A stretch of DNA of 64,000 nt from Lama glama. Lineage: Eukaryota. The translations under genes were made by a program, and so were the position numbers. The notes beneath the pieces are model-generated. The model saw only the letters and a program-made list of their open reading frames with translations, ran no database searches and was not told the origin of the DNA. Below, piece by piece: positions 54,070 to 64,000 of this stretch (position 1 is its first letter; each line of letters starts with the position of its first letter). The stretch spans positions 94,924,001 through 94,988,000 of the forward strand of contig CM052816.1 in the NCBI GenBank assembly GCA_028534125.1. Direction: 5' to 3'.

Positions 54070-55119
54070 TGACCTTATTTCTCTTAAAATGTTAGAATAG
54101 AGGGTGTGAGAGATGACCCACAGGCTTCTCTCACAAGTAAATAGTTATGGAGTGCCACTATGTCCCAGGTCCACAGGGGACACCGCAGAGAACAGGCCTC
54201 AGTTCACTTCCTTAGACCAGCGTTCCCCACACAGTGTACCACAAATGGGTCACACGTGTGCTGAAACTCTGATGCCCTCAGCCCTCAGGAAGGCTTGGGG
54301 AGCAAGCACCTGGATCTGTAGCCCCCAGGACACATTACAGGTACTAGGATTTTCTATAAGTGCCATGCTGAAGAAACAATTTAGAACTTCTGCCCAAGAC
54401 AGGCCTCCCACCTGCACAGCCCAGTAAGGGTCATCTGCACTCTGTCATTTTATCTGAAACTCAAAAGGTTGAACTTTCAAGTTACCCTCTTTTTCACTCC
54501 CCAAAGATTAACCCAAACCCTGAGTTTTCACTTGCCCCCGTTTTTCCAGTGACAGAAATGGATAGACACTTTGTTTTTTTTTTTCTTTCTTTCTTTTCTT
54601 CATCCTTAGACAGCCAATCCATCACAAAGTCTTGCTGATACTTCTTCAGGGAGTTTCTTGACTTCCTTACTCTTCATGGGTGTTTCACTTTTCAGTTTCA
54701 GCCTGAAGCGTGGTGGGTCCAGGTCATGCCCATGGCTTCCTACCCGGTTGCTTTGTCCTTCTCACCCTTCCTGAGCTTCCACCCCAAAATCTGCCACCCT
54801 GGTCTTCGTGAAGTCCTCCAGTTGAGGAATATGCAGTGTTTTTCATAATGTGAATGACACAAAATGAACTCTGCTGCCTGATTTTTTTCTTCAATAAAAC
54901 AGTTGGTATTAAGGCCCCTTCCGGAGTCTCCATGCTTCCTAGTAGGGGCGGGTCTCTCTTCTAATCGTACTGGAATTGTCCAGAAGCATCTGAAGTAGTC
55001 ATGTATCTTGGTTTCTAAGATAAAACTTTCCTAGTTTTCCTTCTTCTCTTTCTTTCCCTTTGCTCTTTCTCTTCCACTCTGCCTCAAGGCTCTGCCCTGG
55101 GTCAGTCTTCTGTGAAGCC

Positions 55120-55500
55120 CATCATATAAAGCCTGTGTGTCTGACCTTGTATTTTCCAGTCCTACACTTCCATTTGGTTCTTCTTATAGTGTCCCTTTCT
55201 CTGCTGAATTTGTTCATTTTTCATCTTGCATGTTGTCCATTTCTCCACTAGCTATTTAACACACATATTCACAGATAAAACCCTTGTCTGCTTATCCTAA
55301 TGTCTGGATAACTTGTGAAATTTGCCTGTATTGACAATCATTTCTCCTAATTTTTGGCCACATTTTCCTACTTCTCTGCATGTCTTGTGATTTGTTATTT
55401 ATGCTAGACATTGTGTGTTAAAATACTAGAATTGACTGAAGTAGATAAGACATACCTCCAAAAAAAGACACCCCATTTCTTCTATCAGGTGGCTAAGGTG
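55120..55500 (-). mobile_element. Old L1 fragment
   Basis: ccacattttcctacttctctgcatgtcttgtgattt...atgctagacattgtg. Confidence 0.55.
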
Positions 55501-56589
55501 GAGGGCTGAATCCATCTAGGACATATTTTAGCTCTCTGGGCTTCACTTAAATTCAGTTTTTACCCCTGAATTCAAATTCAAGAGTGATCAGTATTCAACC
55601 TACAGTTGGGCTTGGAAGCTGAGCACCTACAGATTCCAGAAATTTCTCTGTGCATCACAGCCCAGTGATCAGTTTCTGAGTCAAAGGAGATGTTCAGATC
55701 CCTGCACCACGTACATTTTCCAGACCTTAAATCATTTTACTGTCACTGTTTCTATCCAGCCTCAATACTTAGCAATACTTACTGTTTCTGAGTTCACAGC
55801 CGTCCTTCCCGTTGGGCTGCCTTCCCAGCTGTCCCTGCCCTTACCTTCTCCCCCGACTTCAGCTGCTCTGTCCCGCACTCCCCACAGTTGCTCTTTCACC
55901 TCCTTTCCTACCCACTCCTTACCCATCCTCCAAGACAAATTCAGGTTCCACCCTTTTACAAAGCTTCCCTGAGAACTCTTTAACTTTGTGCTCTGTTCGA
56001 ACGCTTTCATATTTATCAATGTATCCCCCCAAGTTTAGCACATAAGAAATACTGTATACAAGACCCATGTGAGTGCATGATGCTTCAGATGTAATAGTGT
56101 CATCTCCTCAGCCGAGCTGATAGCTCTTTAGGAACAAGAAAAGCATCTTTCTCTGTTTTCTCTTTTTGTGCTTCTTTTGAGAGTCCTGAGAATGCCTGGC
56201 AGCGTGTGAATGTGATGACAGCCCCGGGGAGGTGTTGCACCATTCTGCTAGGTGTTCTGAGCTCCAGAGGAGCAAGGGAAATGTCTTCATCATTTGCCAC
56301 TGGAACCCCCAGAACGGGGCTGTTCTGGCGTCTGGCAAATACTTACTAGCTTTTATTCGAATGCACAATAGGTTGAAGTCATAATATTGTGGTTTCAGCA
56401 ACCAGATTCTCATTGTCATTTGTAGATTTTCCTAATCATTCAAAATTGGTTTGCAGCAATAACTTATAGCATAGCATGTTGGACAAATGAGATATACGGA
56501 CCTACCCTCAACCTCCTTCCTCACCTTGAACACCACCTCCACTACGCCCCTAAAAATAGAGCTCCATGCCTTATTTTTCATATGTAAAC

Positions 56590-56743
56590 CAAAGCAGATG
56601 AGAAACATTTTTTTAGAACACGATTCTTGATTCAGTTGTATATTGGAATTGCCCAAACCCATCCCCTGAGATGCTCAATTATTAGCACTTACTTTTAAGC
56701 TCCCTGGGGGCCTGTAATATCTAGCCAAGTTTGAGAACTGCTG
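56590..56743. mobile_element. MER5-like fragment
   Basis: Ends agccaagtttgagaactgctg. Confidence 0.5.
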
Positions 56744-57255
56744 CTTTAGAGTTCTGTATGGCCCATCATAAACAAAAATAGCCTGCTAGTCTCCTGGAAA
56801 ACTGTCTTCTGCCAATTTTGAAATTTTTTATAATGACTACAGTCTAAATGTGAAGTCATTATTTTCTGTGAGTATTTTTCTCTGAAATATTCCATTTCTT
56901 TGATTGCGACAGACACAGAAATTTTCTCCAGAAATCACTCTGATTCAGACTTCCTCCTTACGTTATTGTACATGATGGGTAACGACTTTGAAACAGCTGA
57001 TTTCCATTGACACTGCCGTTAATGGCATTGGTATCTACAGTCAAAACAAAGCAGGAATTCTTGCAAATGTATTTATACATAGTAGGAATATCAAGTGGGC
57101 ATTAGCTGCCTGTTTAAGAATCATCTTTCATAATACACACTTTCATGAAGCTGTCTTGAGTCTCTTCAGTCTGGCAAAGGGTTCTGACTTTACCTGTCCA
57201 CTTAATAAAGCTCCTTATGTTTAAAGACTAATTTAGTCAAGAGGACGAGTGTAAA

Positions 57256-57695
57256 TGTTGCCAGAAAATAAATTCTTGCCTCGTGCAGGAAGGAATTCAA
57301 GAGTGAGGCACAGTAAAGTGAAAGTAAGTTTATTCCGGGAGACACACACTCCATAGACAGAGTGCGTGCGGGCTGCCTCAGGCAGGAGAGAGCGCGACCA
57401 TGAGACGCGGGGCTGTTAGCTTCTGTGGGCCTAGTAATTTCATATGCTGACCAGTAAGAGGCTTATTCCAGCTACTTTGGAGAAGGGGTGGGGACTTCCA
57501 GGAATTGGGCCCCGCCTACTTTTTGACCTTTTATGGTCAGCTAGGAGCTGTCATGGCGCCTGTGGGTGTGCCCTGAGGCTCTAGGTCTACTGGAAGTTGA
57601 ATCTTCTGCCCTCTTGGTTCTCAGCAGTTTGTCCTGTCCTCAGTGGCTGTGTCATTCCTTCAGTGGTGTGTCCTGCTCCCTTCCCTCCTGTCTCA
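57256..57695 (-). mobile_element. Complete ERV1-type solo LTR with 4-bp TSD
   Basis: TG...CA ends (tgttgcc...cctgtctca) flanked by TAAA on both sides. Confidence 0.92.
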
Positions 57696-59025
57696 TAAAA
57701 AGCTTGTTGAAAGCATCAAATGCAAGTCTAAGACTGACAACAGGGTTCAGTGCTGGGAAGGCTACTGAGACCGTCTGAATTGTTCTGATGGAGGCGGCAT
57801 TTCCCGTTGACACGTCCTTCCCCACTCAGGGTGGCTGAGTTCCCCAGCACCTGGGAAGCCTGCCAGTGTCCGGCAGGCTTAGATGGGAGCCCTGGAGGCC
57901 CTGCTCCTCCCCCGGTACACCTTCCCACGGCTCCGGACTCAGCTGATCTTTGGAACCTGAAACTGATTCTTCAAGCAGCATCCAGATGCTCCCGCTACTA
58001 CTCAGGCCCGTGGATCCTCTGAGATTGTGTCTCTGCCTGGGTATGGGTTAAGGAAGGAAAAAAAATTCCCTCAGGGTACCAATGAGCAAGCGAAGCAGAA
58101 GCAAAATAAACAAAATATACAAGTTAATACTTCGAGACATAACCCTGCCTCACAACCATCCTTCAACAGAAGCGGGCGGTATTAGCTTTACCTTTCTGAG
58201 AGCTGCTTCTCTTGAACTAAAGCCACTTATCACTTCCCAGATATACTGTTCTCGCTGCTACCGTATACCTAGGCCTGAATGGTTTCAAAAGTGTGTTTTT
58301 GGTGTGCAAAGGTGATGCTAGGCGGGGTGTGCTTTAAGGTGCTTCTGAATCTGGAGTCCTGGAGGTTTGGTGTGGAGGCTTCACTGGCTACAGCGAGATT
58401 GCCTTGAGGATCGAACGTATGACCTTTTTTTTGGCAGGATGCTAATCTACTGACCTAAGCAATGTCAGACAGTGAGAATACCCAAGGAGTAATTTTGTTG
58501 GCCTCATTGAACATTCCTCACTTGCCCTGATACTGTATATCCTAGCGTTAAGCATCACCTTAGCTGTGACACTCACCCAGAGGAGCAGTACTGGGTATTT
58601 GTTGAATGAAGAAGAGGGTATTGTTTCTGAAGCATCATTACAGGGGGGAATAGAGGAGCTGTTCAGCTACCTACTTCCCATTAAGCAAAGGACTAGAACT
58701 AGCTAAACACATTTGAATTGCAAAGTACAGGGCCTCCCTGGATCAACATTTTAAACGGTAAGCATGTGCCTGTGCTGCTCAGTTGGATAGTAACGATCTA
58801 TGAGCAGCAAACAATGAATGCTGAGTATTCAGTAATTAAGTACAACTTGCAACAAAGCCCATCGTAAACGGGTCAGTGACCTCAGACGAGTCAACATGAT
58901 TGCATCCATGGTGATTAGGTGCAGATGGGAAGGGACAGACTGAGTCAGGTTTTGTCTTCTTCCCACGTTGACTGAAGACAGCACGTCTAGCCACGCTGCT
59001 TTTTGGTTTCCCAGCTGGCTCCCAG

Positions 59026-59688
59026 TGACGCAGGAAAAATGGATGTGGGGCATGAGGATGGCGTGTCCCAGATCTCGGTTGAGACCCTGGGACGTGCCCT
59101 GCCAAGTGTGGGTCCTTGGCTTCACGCAGGAGCGAACTCAAGAGCAAGCCACAGTTGAGTAAAGGCAGATTTATTTAGAGAGATACATACTGCCTGGAGT
59201 GTAGGCTGTTTCAGATGGCAAGAGAAAGGCCACGAGCTGTGGGGGTTGGGTGCTCACGTTAAAGTAAAAGTAGGTACACACTCCATAGACAGACTGTGGC
59301 TGTCTCCGAAGAGGAGGGAACAAGAAAGGTGGCCACGAGGCGTGGTGTTGCCAGTTTTTATGGGCTCGGTACTCCATGCTTACAAGTGGGAGGAATATTG
59401 CAGCTACCCTGGGGCAGGGGCTGGGATTCCCAGGAATCGATCCACCGCCCACTCTTTGACCTTTTGTGGTTAGCCTTTTGTGTGAGCTGTCATGGCACCT
59501 ATGGGCATGTTATTCACTATGTTAATATATTATAATGGACGTATAATGAAGCTCAAGGTCTACTAGAAGTCAAATCTCCTGCCATCTTAATCCTCAAGGC
59601 CCAGTGGGGGTTGAATCTTCTGCCATTTTGGTGTTAATTGCTGTCATTCCTTGAATGGCTGCGCCCTGCCCACTTCCCTCCTGTCTCA
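59026..59688 (-). mobile_element. ERV1-type solo LTR, related family
   Basis: Same end cttccctcctgtctca and internal blocks as 57256-57695; left boundary uncertain. Confidence 0.85.
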
Positions 59689-60134
59689 CCGTGATCAACC
59701 CAACTGCGCTGGCTGACTGTAGGCTGGGTTGGAGTGGAGGACATGGGGGTTTGGAATGAGAGTGATGCTTGGAGAGCAGTGTTGGGGAAGTGGAGGAAAA
59801 CTGCTGACAGGAGACAGTACTAATGACAGTAGCACCCGCGGTGTGGCCCCACTGCTTCGTCTGCAAGCCACCTTCTCCCAGGGGCTCTGGAAGGCAGCTG
59901 AGGGCCCCGGTTCAACTGGATGCGGAGTAAACAAGCAGCAACTACCCAGAATGCCGGTTAGCCTAACTAGACAACAAATCCGCCAGTCCAGCCAGTGGAT
60001 TTGAAATGGATCCAGACTTGACTCTTGACGTGATGACTTCATTACCTGCCTCTCTAAGTATGCTGCTGCACTTTTAGGAAGAATACTGCACCTCTGGTTT
60101 GCTTTGATAAGAGCAGTTTGATTTTAGATCATTG

Positions 60135-60700
60135 TGTTACTGCAGAAAGGGAAAAAAGGCCTCGGTTCTTACCTTGCCCAAAAAAGAAGAATTCAGACAG
60201 GAGACGAAAGAGTTGTGTAATTAAGGATTTTATTAGCAAAGCAAAAGTACAGCTTCAGGAACTAAAGGCGGGCTGATCCAAAAGAGGAAAACAACGACCC
60301 CCATCGCCCCTCCCAGTCCCCGTGTCTTTTGTGTGGTTGCCTAGGGGCTGCCGTAAGCTAACTTGATAGCTGACATCATTTGAGTGGCACGTGTAGGTTA
60401 TATAACCTTTTCCTTCCTGTGCATGTCCTTGCGCACAGTGTGGATAGAAAAGCCCACTGCGGTCTAAACCACGGGGCTAGTTACATCATAATGAGTCAGG
60501 TCAGCTCAGGTCCATCTCTCTACTGCGCAGTCGCAGCTGTCCGGTTCTGTCTGGTTTTCTCTTTGCTGGCACTCATTTAGAAAAAGTAAAACTCTCTGAA
60601 GCCCCTTATTCTGAGCACAGGTGTACCATTATCTTCTGGATTATTCCCTCCCCAGTCCACTCTCCTTGCCCGGTGCTCATTCCTATCTAACTGCCTAACA
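60135..60700 (-). mobile_element. ERV-type solo LTR (different family)
   Basis: tgttactgc...ctaactgcctaaca; flanks attg/atgg; minus-strand AATAAA near 60231. Confidence 0.8.
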
Positions 60701-61123
60701 ATGGAACTGACAAAGCCTGGGGAAGGGGGTTCAGGCAGCTACTGGCCCCTGTGGTCACGTGTCTGAGAGAGCAGGTGACCGATTCCAGGAATCCCCACCA
60801 CGTGTGATGGGGAGGGAGGCGGAGGAAGGCCGGGCAGGGCTGTGGGATGGACTCTGCCGTCCTGGAGACCCATCTTCTGGTGACCCCCATGCTTCCTGTC
60901 AAGGCTGTCTCTTCTCATCTGTGGACTCTTCTCCCTTCCCACCCGTGGGTGGTGGGAGCCAGCCTGTTTTGTTTGGGAATCTCAGGTTCAGGGCCTATCA
61001 CAAACTACGCCAGTTACTTAGTCTCTGCTCAGTTTTCTTTTTATATTTAGGGACCTGTGAGATTCCTTATTTTAAACATAGAAAAGAGAGAGTTCAAATA
61101 CGTGCAGAAGGATAGCCCCATAA

Positions 61124-61298
61124 AATAAATAAGCTACAAGGATATATTGCACAACACAGGGACAACAGCCAATATTTTATAATAACTGTGAATGGAGTAT
61201 GACCTTTAAAAATTGTGACTCACTATGTTGCACACCTGTACCTTACATAATATTGTACGTCAACTATATCTCAATAAAAAAGAGCAGTAATACAAGAT
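61124..61298 (+). mobile_element. Short sense L1 3' end
   Basis: aaggatatattgcacaacacaggga...caactatatctcaataaaaaa; TSD TAGCCCCATAA at 61113 and 61299. Confidence 0.9.
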
Positions 61299-61589
61299 TA
61301 GCCCCATAACTGAATCAAGCCAGGGTCATTACCTGGAGGGGCAACAGGGCATGAGGATAGTCTATTCTCTTGTCCTTGAAGTTCTGAAGTCATTTTATTC
61401 TGTTTTCCCGCTGCTCCTGGCATTTCCTGGGTCTGATCTCCTCTCGTGCCTGGTAATCACCTTGACAGGTTTGATCACACAGGCTGGAGGAGGGGTCTGT
61501 TTATTGATAAATCAGTGATTGCAAATTATTAATAGAACTACTGATGCAGGGCTCTGCCATTTATTTTTCCTTTTTAGAGAACTATTTAA

Positions 61590-62457
61590 TCCCTCTCATG
61601 TTTTTTTATATCTCCAGGACTTACTCATCTTATAACTAGATGTTTGTACCTTGTGACCCCTTCATCCATTTCCCCGATGCCCCCACCTCTGGCAACCACC
61701 AATCTGTTCTCTGGGTTGTTTTTTTTTTTTTTAGATTTCACATGTAAGTGAGATCATACAGTGATTGTCTTTCTCTGACTGATTTTACTTTTTGTAATGC
61801 CCTCAAAGTCCATCCATGTGACAGAATTTGCTTCTTTTTATGGCTGAGTAATATTCCATCATGTGTATCACATTTTCTTGATCCATTCATCCACCAACAC
61901 TTAGGTTGCTCCTGTGTACCGGCTGTCATAAATAATGCTGCAATGACCATGGAGGTGCAAGTATCTTTCTGAGACAGTGATTTTCTTCCCCTTAAATAGC
62001 CAGAAGTGGAATTGCTGGATCGTATGATAATTATCTTTTTAATTTTTAAGGAACCTCCATACCATTTTCCATGTGGCTGTACCAGTTTACATTCCCACCA
62101 GCAGTGCACAGGGCCCCTTTTCCTCCACATCCTCCCCAACACTTGTCTTTCTGTTACTAACCATTCTAACAGGTGGGAGGGAATGTCTCATTATGGTTTT
62201 AATTTGCATTTTCCTGATGATTAGTGAAGTTGAGCATCTTTTCCTGCATCCATTGGCCATTTGGGTGTCTTCTTTGGAAAAATGTCTGTTCAGATCATTT
62301 TTAATCTGATTGTATGGAGTTTTTTTTTTTTAGTTGTTGTGTGAGTTCTTTATATATTTTAGATAACAACTCCTTATCAGATACATAATTTGCAAGTATT
62401 TTCCTCCATTCTGTAGGTTACCTATTCATTTCATTGATGGTTTATTTTACTGCAGAG
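61590..62457 (-). mobile_element. L1MA-like 3' portion
   Basis: HCWWECKLVQP remnant; ttagatttcacatgtaagtgagatcatacagt. Confidence 0.9.
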
Positions 62458-64000
62458 AATCACACTTTTAAATATAAACTGTTGCCAAGAATGTAGTTCC
62501 CTGTAAACTGTTACCAAGGATGTAGTTCCCTGTGGGGCATTTCAAAAATAAAACTGACACATCCTTCTTTTAAATATACCTAAAAAATCTGAATACCATA
62601 ATGTTTAATGTCTACCATCATCCTTTTAAATGACATGAAAGTGAGTTCTTCATTAATGTTAAAAATGACATACAATTTCTGTTGCTTCTCGAACATATGG
62701 CCATCCCACATTTCCCACGAATTTCACCCTGACCGAGGTGTTCTTTGCTTAAACGTCTCTTACTGAACATTCTTTCTGCAAACAAAATATATACAAATTA
62801 AAGTTTATTGTTAAAATATTCCTTATATTAGGCTTTAAGTTAAAATTGTCTTACACATTGTTATTACTGTAGTTATTCCTAGGTACAATTGATCAAAACG
62901 TCTGTATCATACATCTTGATTAAAATTTTTAAATATAAAAAGTAAAATTATATTTGAAATGAATCCCTTAGGTGATGGGCCCTTTTATCCCAATCAACTC
63001 AAATATTCAAAAAAGAGTATTACTTACAGTTTGAATGAATAGGATTCAGTATCATTCTATTGTCATCTTTTTGTGTGTTTATAGATTTAAATACCAAGAA
63101 ACATCACTTACATAGATAAGGTGAAAGGAATAAAAAATCTTTCTTCATAGCAATGCCACCTGATTATTTCAACTTCTTACATGTTTTATTTCAAATTCTC
63201 ACTGGGATCCACCATCAGAAGTTATTTTTAGTTATCTGTCGGTGATGATCTGAGCAGGTTCTCCTTCAATGTTGGAGAAGGTAAAGAAGGGGAAACTTCT
63301 TTGGGAATATAAACTGCTGCCAAGGATGCAGAAAGAATGTTCAATAAGAGGCTTTTAAGCACAGAATACATCAGTCAGGGTGCAGTTCTTGGGGAATGTG
63401 GAATGGCCACATGTTCAAGAAGCAACAGTAATTATATTTCTAACATTAATGAAGAACTTACATATTATTGAAAAGGATGATGGTGGCTATTAAAACGCTA
63501 TGGTGTTCAGATTTCTTAGGTATATTTGAAAGAGGGATTTGTCAGTTTTATTTTTGAATAAAATATTATTTTTGCCTCTTTGGGGAAAAAAAAAAAGATG
63601 AACTGCCCATCATTAGAGTTGTTTCCTTTTCAACGCAGACACTAACCCTGTGCAAGACCCTTGGTTTGGTCTCAGAGAACGCCTGCCACTTGGGAGCAGG
63701 GAGGAAGTGGACTGGGTTCTGTACAGCGAGACGGGGAAGCTGCGAATATGCACACAACAGGTCTCCAGGCAGATCAGGTTTATTGTAAGAGGGCATGGGA
63801 AAGCTGAGACTCTGGAAATGGATTCCTTGAAAACCCCAAGCTCAGCATTCCCTCGGCGAATGTTCATGAAGTCCCAGGGCACACAGGGCCCGGTTTGGAG
63901 GCCACTGCCCCCAGAACTCCCGGGATGACCTTCCCGTTGCTCCCACGTGGCCAGGGGTTGACGTTCGTTGAATGTGCGTCTCTGATGCATTAGCTGGGTT

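Noticed and set aside
51831..54100. ORFs with protein-like motifs ([18 protein letters not shown])
   Set aside because: Broken L1 ORF2 remnants, not host genes or active elements.

Overview
Mammalian genomic DNA, probably a cetartiodactyl and best guess a camelid (inferred from L1 3'-end style and absence of Alu/B1/CHR/PRE1/Bov-tA/Can-SINE-type SINEs). The whole window lies inside the delta-catenin gene CTNND2 on the + strand. Four constitutive armadillo-domain exons (10367-10484, 15563-15748, 29773-29946, 43246-43396) splice in frame with GT-AG ends, plus the 75-nt cassette exon (42148-42222) known from the rodent long isoform. The rest is intron filled with L1, L2, MIR, MER5/20/58, MaLR and ERV1 solo-LTR relics and microsatellites. 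Nearly all ORFs in the track are spurious. I found no convincing new multi-gene system. The best leads concern splicing: a candidate in-frame 18-nt microexon (13211-13228, IIPQPQ), an L1 insertion whose target-site duplication seems to have copied an exon's branch point, and a G-run cluster beside the cassette exon. Repeat family names and human comparisons are from memory; repeat boundaries without TSDs are approximate.
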